Shown: positions 27,994-38,900 of the stretch, piece after piece
Layout of the letters: every line of letters begins with the position of its first letter
How positions within the stretch are numbered: the stretch's first letter is position 1
Assembly (NCBI GenBank): GCA_035626895.1
Contig: DASPMU010000108.1
Span: forward strand, 1 to 58,711
Length of the DNA: 58,711 nucleotides
Direction of reading: 5' to 3'
Origin: Alphaproteobacteria bacterium
Lineage (GTDB): Archaea > Nanobdellota > Nanobdellia > Woesearchaeales > UBA9642
Notes under the pieces: model-generated
The model's database searches: none
What the model was told of the DNA's origin: nothing
What the model saw: only the letters and a program-made list of their open reading frames with translations
Translations under genes and position numbers: made by a program

Positions 27994-28257
27994 TTATTTC
28001 TTGCTCTTCTTTGCTGGTGCTGCATGATGATGTTCTTCATCACAGCATGCTGCCTCGCAACAAGCTGCCTTAGCGAAGAATGATTTTGCGATTCCTGCAA
28101 ATACTAATAATACTGCAAAGAATGCGATCCATCCATCGATTCCTGTCCACTGTGGCCAAACAAATGCATTGATCAATATCAATACGCCAACTAATGCCTT
28201 AGTCATTCCGCTGCACTTACGGCACATTCCGTCTCCATCATAACCCATAATAATCAC
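27994..28257 (-). CDS. Small membrane protein with Cys/His-rich tail
   Basis: Two TM helices and the tail AACCEAACCDEEHHHAAPAKKSKK. Confidence 0.35.
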   Translation of the reverse strand: MIIMGYDGDGMCRKCSGMTKALVGVLILINAFVWPQWTGIDGWIAFFAVLLVFAGIAKSFFAKAACCEAACCDEEHHHAAPAKKSKK

Positions 28258-28372
28258 CTCAATAATTTCAATAAATATGAGCTTATATGATTATCTTGAA
28301 CATGAGCGTTTATAAAGATTATTGTAAAAATGCATGAGAAAAGTTTATATAGCTCTTTCACCAAATTAAAAC

Positions 28373-28606
28373 ATGAATCTAAATTTGGAAGAAATTTCTA
28401 AAAATATTCCAAGCAAAGAGAAAATTGACAAGGGAATACTTTATACTACAGCAATATTATTCTTGGATTATATGGTTGGACATGCACTCTACAAGCAACC
28501 GCTGCATGAAGCTCTAGGAATGCATCTTCCAGAGTATGCAAACAACATTGAAATGGCGGCTCTTGGATTCGGTTGGCTCTATTCAATGAAGAATCCTAAG
28601 AAATAA
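28373..28606 (+). CDS. Small hypothetical protein
   Basis: 77-aa ORF with TTTATATA about 25 nt upstream. Confidence 0.3.
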   Translation: MNLNLEEISKNIPSKEKIDKGILYTTAILFLDYMVGHALYKQPLHEALGMHLPEYANNIEMAALGFGWLYSMKNPKK

Positions 28607-28634
28607 TTCTAGCCAGAATAAGTTCTCATCAAAA

Positions 28635-28642
28635 TTTATAAA
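28635..28642 (+). promoter_or_regulatory. TATA box of rnz (leaderless arrangement)
   Basis: TTTATAAA ends 22 nt before the ATG at 28665. Confidence 0.5.
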
Positions 28643-28664
28643 GTTCTTAAGCCTTCAATCGATT

Positions 28665-29591
28665 ATGCCATTAGAATTGACATTTTTAGGAACAGGATCA
28701 ATGGTTCCGACAAAGGACAGGAATGTAGTAGGAATGTTTCTTAGTTATAAGAATAAAGGCCTGCTCATAGATTGCGGCGAAGGGACACAGAGGCAGATGA
28801 ATATTGCCGGAATAAATAGAAACAAAGTAAATTATGTTTTCTTAAGCCATTGGCATGGAGATCATGTATCAGGACTTATTGGATTAATCCAGACTCTTGG
28901 AAACCAGCAAATGCAAAATGAAGAAAGGCCAGTTCTTCATATTTTCGGCCCGAGAGAAACCGAGGAAAGAATGGAACATATGCTAAAGACTTGCATCTTT
29001 GAAAATAAAGTAACGCTTGAAATTCACGAAATAATCCCGAAAAGAAATGAGATACTAAAAATTCTTGACAATGAAGACTTTGAAATTCACACAGCATTAC
29101 TAGATCATAGCGTTGCATGCCTTGGATATAGTTTTGTCGAGAAAGATACTCGAAAGATGAACATCGAGGAGTTAAAAAAATACGGGATCACAGGCGGCCC
29201 TCTAATTGGAAAACTCCAGGAAGGAGAATCAATAACGACAGAATCAGGCAAGCATATAACTCCAGAGATGGTCTCAGACGTCAAGAAAGGCCTTAAAATA
29301 ACTTTCATATTAGATACTGGACTTTGCGAAAACGCGATAAATCTATCAGAAAAATCTGATCTTCTAATTTGCGAAGCAACATACTCATCAGAACTTGGAG
29401 AGAAAGCAGAAAACTACAAGCATATGACTGCAAAAGATGCAGCAATCTTAGCAAATAACGCAAACGTCAAGAAATTAATACTGACTCATCTCTCCCAGAG
29501 ATACAAAGATCCTGGAGACGTTCTTGAAGACGCAAGAAATATCTACAACAATGTAGAAGTCGCTCATGATTTCATGAAGATAAAGATGTGA
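28665..29591 (+). CDS. rnz: Ribonuclease Z (tRNA 3' endonuclease)
   Basis: LTFLGTGSMVPT, metallo-beta-lactamase LSHWHGDH, C-terminal LTHLSQRY. 308 aa. Confidence 0.9.
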   Translation: MPLELTFLGTGSMVPTKDRNVVGMFLSYKNKGLLIDCGEGTQRQMNIAGINRNKVNYVFLSHWHGDHVSGLIGLIQTLGNQQMQNEERPVLHIFGPRETEERMEHMLKTCIFENKVTLEIHEIIPKRNEILKILDNEDFEIHTALLDHSVACLGYSFVEKDTRKMNIEELKKYGITGGPLIGKLQEGESITTESGKHITPEMVSDVKKGLKITFILDTGLCENAINLSEKSDLLICEATYSSELGEKAENYKHMTAKDAAILANNANVKKLILTHLSQRYKDPGDVLEDARNIYNNVEVAHDFMKIKM

Positions 29592-29610
29592 GTCGGAAAT
29601 AACTTCTAAT

Positions 29611-29714
29611 GCAACGCCATCTGCTAGCGAACCCTAGAATAAAACAACTTTTTCGTCTAGACTCGTAGGCGGGAAGCAGTGAAAGAATTTGTGTGAGCCT
29701 GATGGCGTGTTCAC
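29611..29714 (-). repeat. Hairpin-ended intergenic element, divergent inverted copy
   Basis: Arms ACGCCATC (29614-29621) and GATGGCGT (29701-29708). Core CGTCTAGACTCGTAGGCGGGAA (29654-29675) is the exact reverse complement of the core of copy 48843-48953. Confidence 0.75.
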
Positions 29715-29733
29715 AAGAAGAAACTTTCGTTAT

Positions 29734-29898
29734 GCACATTGCCGACGCTCGCATAGTTTGTTTAATCCTATGCCGCAAACGATTCTAGACGCAAAGAAAT
29801 TTTATAAATTTCTTGCGCACAAAATGCGTACATGCATTTTGTTGCGTTAATCGAATATTGAATCGAGAACTCGCCAGGCGGCAATGCTGCTGGAATAG
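29734..29898 (+). repeat. Hairpin-ended intergenic element, long copy with ~70-nt insertion
   Basis: Starts GCACATTGCCGACGCTCGCATAG and ends TCGAGAACTCGCCAGGCGGCAATGCTGCTGGAATAG. The core is partly degenerate (..GATTCTAGACGCA). Extra hairpins at 29794-29814 and 29815-29847. Confidence 0.8.
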
Positions 29899-29905
29899 TA
29901 TTCTT

Positions 29906-32900
29906 TTAACTCAAGCTCAATATCCAGCTGCTTAGCGAGTAGTAGTATCTTGCTGCAGTTCCTAGAGGAACATCTAAGTATAGATATATTGATTCGTTGC
30001 CGTATGTAGAGTCAGTGGTTCTTGGAAGAGTTGCGCTTGTTATATTGATGAATGTATCATTGATTAAAACAATTCCTGAAGATGAATTCGTGGAATTTAT
30101 CCTGAAGTTGCTTGCAAGCAGCCTGTCAGTTGAATTTGCCAAGTCGTACGCTTTTAGCTGCACAAGTGTATACTGGAAGTTTCCAGTGTTATTTAATATT
30201 AATTCTCCGGCGAAGGAATTGTTTGAACCTGCAGTTAATGATCCTGTGTTCAATAAAGCAGTATTGAGGGATATAGCGTACAATGTGTTGTATGTAAAGC
30301 TTGTTGATATATCTTGAGTATAATTATTATTGTTATCCATTATTGAAATGTTCACAGACCATGCTCCTGCTTGGTCATAGTAATACATTCCGACAACGCA
30401 GCTTATGTTCTGCGCTGTTGAATTTATAGGCGTTCCAGTACATGACGCGTCAGCACTCTGCCTGAATACTCCGGAGTTATTTACTATTACTTTTGCAGAA
30501 CTCACATCTATTGTTGCATTGCCTGCACCTTGATTGACAGTGAAATTGAATGAAACATTTTTGATTGATGATTCTAGTGGATCTATGGATCCTACTGAAA
30601 CGATGTTAGTAATGTTTATCATAGAAGAAATTATTGAAGTTGTTGCAGGACCAAAGTCTGTTCCCTGATTTAGCCACTTGCTACTATTAGTCGACTGGTT
30701 CAATGGATAATCACTTCCCGTATCTCCAAAGCCATCAGAATTGCTGTCGTAAATATCATAATTTTCAATATCGATATAATAGTTGCCTTGAGCATATCCT
30801 CCTACTGTTGTGTTGTATTGGTTCGTTCCGTTAGAAGCATTCACCCAAGGACCATTGCCTGCAATAGTATTGTAATATATCGTGTTGTTTGAAGAGTTAA
30901 ATATACTTATATGAACAAGAGTATTGCTTGTAGTGTTGAGCCAGTTTTGGGAAATATTATTGTTATTTGATCCGCCGGAAATTCCTAAGGACGAAGCAGA
31001 TCCCGATACTGAAAGATTGTTTCTTGTTATCTGGTTGTCTGTAGAACCAACAGTTAGGCCTATTGCATCTGCGCCTGCTCCGCCTGTAGTTATGTTGTTG
31101 TCCATAAATATATTATTATCTGCGTTGTTTGCAATTATACCATACGAGTTGATATTATCTGAAAGCATGGTGTTTCTTGTGATGTTGTTTCCTGAGGAAG
31201 TCAATAGATATATTATTCTTGCTGCAGCTCCTTGCGTGTATATGCTGTTGTTTTCTACATGGTTATTATTTGCTGAAACAAAGAAATAGATTCCATATGC
31301 ATCAGCGCCGCTGCTGTTCATAGTATTATTTATTATTTTGTTGTTTGAACTGGAGCTTATATAGATCAATATTGCATCTGCCTTAGTTGAGTGCATGATA
31401 TTGCTACTGACATTGTTTCTGCCTGATCCTGAAGACAATGAGAGCGCATAGGAAGAAGATCCGTTCATTGAAATAATATTGCTTATGATTTTGTTATTGT
31501 CGGAATTCGACAAGTATATTCCTAATGCTGAATTGTTCATCAAAGTAAAGTTATTGTTCTGTATTGTACCATTGTTAGTATTGTTATAATATATTCCGTA
31601 CATGAATCCATTGATGTTGCAATTCAAGACAGTCGTATTTGAAGAATTGGAATATATTCCTGAAGCTCCTGAATAATTATTTCCTGTGATTGAATATCCG
31701 AAACAATTTATTGTAACATTATGAGCAAATACATTCAGGCAAGTGCTGTTTGTTGAAGCAATATTTGCACTCAAATTAACTATAATGTTTGATGTAGTGA
31801 TGTTCTGGCATGAAACTATCTGTGAAGTAGTTTGTGGTCCAAAGTCCTCTCCGAAATTTAGCCATTTGCTGCTATTAGTAGATCTATTGAGAGGATATTG
31901 CGATCCTGTATCAGCCCATCCATCAAGATTGCTATCGTATATTTCGTAGTCAGTTATATTGACATAGTAATTACCCTGAGCAACTCCGCCTACAGTTATG
32001 TTGAACTGGTTAGTTCCATTAGAATCATTAATCCAAGGGCCTCCTCCGGTAAAGTTGTTGTAGTAGAAAGTATTATTGATTGAGGAAATTATCTGTATAT
32101 GCGCCATGGTTGATTTTAAAGTATTCTGGTATATTGTATTATTATGTGAAGAGGAAGATAAGGAAATTCCATAGCCTGAACTTCCTGTTGAATTGATGCT
32201 ATTTGATGTTATATTATTGTTTATTGAACTAAATAAAGAAATTCCATCGTTTGTAGTATTTATGTTGTTCTGTGAGATCGTATTATTTGCTACGGAACTT
32301 ATTATTACTCCAGGATATGCAGTATGTATATTGTTCTGGAACAAGAAATTATTGTTTGAACTACTACCGATCGATACACCATATGAAACTACTCCTGGAG
32401 CCGTCAGGTTATTATAAGCTATATAATTGTTATTGGAGTTCAAGAATAAGTATATTGTCGAAGCGCTTGTGCTGTCAGTCTTTATCCTATTCGCTGTCAG
32501 ATTGTTGTGGTTTGATCCCAAGACATATATTCCAATGCTGCTTTGACCGGTGGTGTTGATTTGATTTCTGGTGATTATATTCAAATCAGATCCTGAATTT
32601 AGGTATATTGCATCTGAAGATTCTCCTGTAGTCAAGACTTTGTTATCTGAAATAATAGTATTATTTGCGTCATTTTCCAGCATTATTCCAACTGCAGAGT
32701 TGTTGGATGCGGTTATGTTGCTACTCCTTATTGTTGAATTATCAGTTCCGTTGAAGTATATTCCATGCATGAAATTTGTTATCGTACAATTTACGACAGT
32801 TGTATTCTTGGAGTTTGAATATATTCCTGATGCAGCTGCATAATTAGTGCCGTTTATCGATCGGCCTGAACAATTTATCATGACATTATCTGCAAATACA

Positions 32901-35900
32901 TTGATGCAAGTCCTGTCAGTTGAATTAATATCCCTGTCAAGGAACAGGCTGGCTCCGGAGCTTGTTACATTCACGCATCCAGGGCTTGTATTGAAAGTGA
33001 ATATATCAAACATATTCATTGTCGAGGATAGATTATATCTGAAAGATATTATTGCTGATCCGTTTGTTGCATTAAATGTATAATTATTATAATAAGATAC
33101 AATTGTTCCATTGTTGAAATATTCTGAAACATTAGAATAGGCATATCCTGTCGATGCAGTTGTGAGGTTAATTACTGATGATTGATAATCGTAGACGCTT
33201 ATGACTATTCCTGATGCAGGAGTTCCTATCGTGTAATTGCTATAAGCTGCATATTTCCATTTTCTATATAAAGAAGATGAAGTTATATTTTCAGTTGAGT
33301 AAGTAGCATTGATCAAAGTAATATTGGATGATTCATATGCAGTTATATCCCTTGTTGAATTTCCGGAAATATTCAAGTCAACAAATGATATATTTGACGA
33401 ACTGTTTAATAATACAGCGTATGCATTCGAGCTGTTGATAAATCCTCCAGCAAGATAGATATTATCTGAATTGTTGAAATATATGTCGGCATGTATTTTT
33501 GATTTATTGGAGTTATTTATTGAAGTATAATTTATTACATTTGACCTGGAAGAATTTACAAACGCAAGTCCACTCATGTAATTGTTGAATGAATTTAGTG
33601 CCGTAATATTAGATCCTGTAGAATCTTCTATGTATACTCCATGCCATAGATTGTTATTTACTGAGACGTTTATTAAAACAGTATCGGAAGAAGTAGTTCG
33701 CAGAAGTATTCCTGAATATAAATTGTATTGGGAGGATATATTTACAAACCTGTTTCTTGAACTATCATAAAGTTCTATTCCGCTTGAGCAATTTCTCAGA
33801 TTTATGTTTGTGAAATTATTATCATCAGCGAAAGATCCTCCGATGCATGCAAAGAAGGTATCGCGTATAGTCATATTATTGAAGTCTGTTCCTGAGCTTG
33901 TGAGCGATAATCCTCGCGATACAACATTGCTGACTCTTGAATTATCAAGATTTGCGTAGAATCCTTCACCAGTACTCAAAGTCACATTTAGCCCGCTAAT
34001 ATTAGCTGAAATTACATGATACGTTTCAAGAGGAGATGGGCTATAGCCGCTTGCATTCATGAATGTAACATTTGTTATTCTTGATCCGTCAGCGTCGCAG
34101 AGGATTAATCCGTACATCGATCTGTTTGCAATAGTTACGCTGTAATTATAGAATTCAATATATGAAATTCCATCTCCGATGCTGTTGTTTATTACTATAT
34201 TATCACACGCGGCAGCATTAGGCGCATAAACGATCCTTGAAGCATCTATTATAGTATTATTGTACACATAGTTATTTGTTGAAGCAGAATTTCCTGCAAG
34301 GAAGTATATGAATATAGTAGGGCTTGATGCATTGTTATTCTCGACAGTATTGTTTAAGGATCCTTCTCTTAGTATTACGGAAGCTGAATCAGCATCTATC
34401 ATATTATTTGCAATATTTGTCCTGTTTCCGCTGATTGCAATTCCGTATGTGGAACCGCGTATAAGATTGTGCCTGATGCTGTTGTTTGATCCGTTCAGTG
34501 ATGTTGATCCGTACTGGCTTACAGTCATGTTGTTTCCGGAAATATTTGTAAACCATGCAATGGATGATCCTATTCCGTATGCAGCGGATATATTGTTGTT
34601 TAATACGCTAGAATAGTTCGAATTAACTAATCCTATGGCAGTTCCCGACGATGTACTGACATTTATTATGCAGTCTTTTACAGTTATATTGGATGCTCCC
34701 ATTCTTATTGCAACTCCAGTGAATGATGTACCTAGTATTGTATTCTGGTTGCATCTTAAAGTTACGTTCTGTGAAGTTATGTTTATGCATACATTTCCTG
34801 CAGGAATTATTGTCTGGTTTACGTCATATATTCCAGGGCTTGAGATATTCATGCATTCGTAGATAGGGAGATAAGGTTCTGATATATACGTAAAGAACTC
34901 AAACATGTTATTTTCTACAGTAATATTATGTTCACGGGAAATAACTTCTGATCCATTAGTAGCATTGAATGTGTGATTGGTGTAATGAGTATATAATGAT
35001 CCGTTATGAGTATATTCAGTCAAATTCACATAAGCGTATCCCTGAGCATTTGTTGTGAGATTAATCAGAGATCCAAGCCTGTTATATATGCTTATGTTAG
35101 CTCCGTCTAGCGGGAAGCCGCTTGTCAGATTAGTATGTCCTATGTAGTGCCATAATTTGTATGCAGATATGCTTGTTCCAGTAATATTCTCAGTCAAGTA
35201 GCTAACATTGATCAACGTTACATTTGTTATATTGTATCCTGAGAGCACAGTCAGACCGACAGTTGCGTTTCCTGACACATTTATATCTATGAGTGAAGTG
35301 TTGTACGAAGAATCTATGAATATAGCATATGCATTCGAGCTGTTGATGAATCCTCCAGATAGAGTTATGGCATTAGCAGAGCGGTTCAAGTATACATCTC
35401 CACGATAGTTTGTCTTATTCGAATTGTTGATTGAAGTGAAGTTAGTTACAATTATGTTTGTTGAATTTTCTATTACGATTCCTGCAAGCATGCTTTCATG
35501 TATATATGAAGAAGTTATATTGATGTTATTGGAATCTGATATGAATAATCCGAACTCGCTGTTGTTGTATGTTGTAAATCCGGTTAACGTATTTCGGCTT
35601 GATCTGTCAGTGAATAATACTCCATACTGCTCGTTATTGTATGTTGTAACATTGATCACAGTAGTGTTTTTGGCGCTGCTAAACGACATTCCGTTCAGGC
35701 AGTCATGAGCAAAGATATTTGTGAAATTATTGTAATTTGAAGACTGGACAACTATAATGCAAGATCCTCTGGATTGGATGATGCTGATATTATCGAAATT
35801 GTTGTAATCTGAGCCTGCAACATATAATCCATTCTGGAATCCTACTCCTACGATATTTGACATTCTTGAAGTGTTTACTGATGAAAGATAAATTGTGTAG

Positions 35901-38900
35901 CGGTAATTTTCTGTAGCGTTGATGCTAGTCATTGTAGCGTTTTCTAATTCGTAAGCTTCAATCGCGTTAGGCCTGTATGCAGAATAATTCATCATAGTAA
36001 TATTTGAAATGACAGAATTATCAGCATTACATAATATCAAGCCATGCAGAGTCCTGTTTGCAAGTACAGTGCTTGAATTGTAATATTCAATTATTCCCGA
36101 GCCTCCGCCTAGAGTGTTATTTGTGAAATTATTATTACATGCAGAAGTAGTAGAAGGACTATATACTCTTGAAGAATTATCAACGATATTTCCATAGATC
36201 ATATTTCTGCTTGAAGACATGACAAAGACAAGATTTGCCTTTAGCAGATAGTTTCCTCTGATTACGTTGCTGCTTCCGCTGCTTATTGTCAGGGCGTTGC
36301 TTGCGTTTGAGAAATTGTTATATTGGATGATATTATTGTCTCCGCTAATTATGACTCCATTATATCCGCTTGATGATCCAGTTGCATAGTTGTCGCTTAT
36401 TGTATTGTTGTTTCCAGTTATTGTTCCGGCTACATATCCGCCGCCTAGATTAATCATGCTGTTTCTTGAAATATTGGAGTATGAAGTTATTGAAGTTCCA
36501 ACGCCACGGTATGCAGTAACTGTATTATTAAATATAAGGGAATCGTTTGCATTCTGTATGATGAATCCTGTTGCAGAAGTATTCGTACTTATATTTACAA
36601 AGCAATTTATGACCGCATCATTGAATCCATTTAGCTGGAATACTGTACCTGTGAATGTTGTATTTGTAAATGATTGTCCGGAGCAGTTAATTACTACATT
36701 CTGAGCAGTCACATTGATGCATACATCTCCTATAGGAGTTATTGATTGATTGACATCATAATATCCGGGTATATCAATTGTCGTGCAATTAGATATTATT
36801 CCCATATATCCTGGGACTTCATATGTAAATACATCAAATATACTCAAGTCATTTGTAGAGTTATGGCGCGTGGATATTACAAGCGATCCATTTGTGGCAT
36901 TGAACGTGTGGTTATTATAATAATTTAACAATGATCCGTTGTTTACATATTCAGTGATGTTGGTATATGCATATCCGGCTGATGACGTAGTTAAATTGAT
37001 CAGTGATCCAAATCTATCGTATACACTTATATTTATTCCAGCTATCGCGGTACCGTTACTATAATTTGCATAGGCAGTATAACGCCACTTTCTTATCAAG
37101 GAATTGTTTATATTCTGAGCATTATTGGAAACATTGTCTCCAGTGTTCGTATAGGATACATTCAGGAAAGTCACGTTAGAACCTAGAATTATACTAATTC
37201 CCTTTGTAAAGTTGCCCGTAATGATCATATCGGCAAATGTGACATTCTGAGACCTGTTTGCGACAAATATTCCGTTGAGCGATGAAGTGGTATTCACTAG
37301 TCCTGATATGAATACTGACCTGTTTGAGGACCTATTCAAGTATATATCTGACATGCTGTTGGTGTAGTTGGAATTATTGTAAACAAAGAAATTAATGAAG
37401 GTATTATTTTGAGTATAATCAAGATATATTCCTGATCTCCTGTTAGATAAGATGTATGAGTTTGAAATATTGTTTCCTGAAGAAGGAACAGTGATGGATA
37501 TTCCGTGTTGCCAATTGTAGCTTGAATAAGTATTATTCAGCCTGTTTCCATTCAGGGTCAATACTATTCCTGATGCATTGTTGTATGTTGATGTAACATT
37601 ATCTAAATAAATATTAGAGGCATTAATGTTCACTCCATTCTGAGTGTTATAAGTCGAGTTGATCAGCGTGAATGTATTGTTAAATCCAGTTACATTCAGG
37701 CCGTGCAGGGTGTTGGCTACCAGCGTTATTGACGTGAAGTTATTATTTGAAGATCCTGATCCGATATGTATTCCGACGCCTGCAGAATAGTTGAATTTAG
37801 AATCAAATATTGTATTATTAGTGGAGTTCCACTCTAGCCTGAGTCCAGTGTACATTGCGTTAGTCGATATTTCAGATATGACTGCCCTGTCAGTTTTAGT
37901 CAGGATCAATCCAGTGTTTCTTGTGCTTGTAGTATTTCTTATCGTGATGTTGCTTAATACAGAATCGTCCGCGTTGCATAATTGTATTGTATAATTTATA
38001 TCTAGGTTTGAAAGGGATACTGAGCTATTATAGAATTGCACAACTGATATCACATTTCCATAAGTGTTGTTTGTAATGTTTTGATTGCATTGGAAATCCA
38101 TGCTAGGATCTACATAAATATTATATCTTACCGAATTATTAATTACGTTGTCATATATGATATTTCCTGAAGTGTTGTATACATATATTCCGTAAGCCGT
38201 GGCTGCGCTGATATAGTTGCTGAATACTGTATTGTTTACGCTGTTGTTTATTACTATTCCATGCCTTGAGGCTATCTGCACATTGTTGTTGTAGATCCTG
38301 TTATTTGCCCCCGTATTTGTAGTTATTACAGTTATTCCATTAAGGCCCCTTACTACAGTGTTGTTGTAGAAGTTATTGTTGCTTCCGTTAATGACTACAT
38401 TAGAGCTAGTCGTGCTTGCATTCATATAATTGTTGCTGAAATTATTGCTGTTTCCTGTAACTAGGGCTATTGATGAAAGTCCAAGTCCTGACAATAGCCT
38501 GTTTCCCGTGAAATTGCTAAATGAAGTATTGGATATTCCTATCGCAAATCTTGCAGTGATATTATTGTTTATTATAAGAGAATTATTGGAGTTAGCAAGA
38601 ACTATTCCATTTCCACTAGTAGCTACGCTGATATTAATATTACAATTTCTTACAGTCAAATTGCTTCTGTTAGTAAATATAGCAGTTCCGGTAAATGTGA
38701 TGTTTCTGATGAAGTTAGAGTTGCAATCTATTGTAACATCAGGAGCAGTAATATTTAAGCATTTAATAAAGTTAGGAGTGATTGACTGATTGAATGTGTA
38801 TATTCCTGAAGCAGTTATATCTCCGCATTGGAAAATTGTCGAGGATAGATTTGCAAATGGATCAATCACAAAGTCGAAGCTTATTCCTCCTGAATTTGGA

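Noticed and set aside
29734-29898. Repeat element as a tRNA-like structure or a peptide-coding mini-ORF
   Set aside because: It has no T-loop or anticodon-arm geometry; only the divergent copy has a chance GGTTCG. Short reading frames are not conserved between copies, and only one copy has an ATG.
29906-30650. Diversity-generating retroelement targeting the shared C-terminal module of the giant protein and its paralog
   Set aside because: There is no reverse transcriptase ORF. No near-identical template/variable repeat pair is present. The two modules are diverged throughout rather than at adenine-specific positions.
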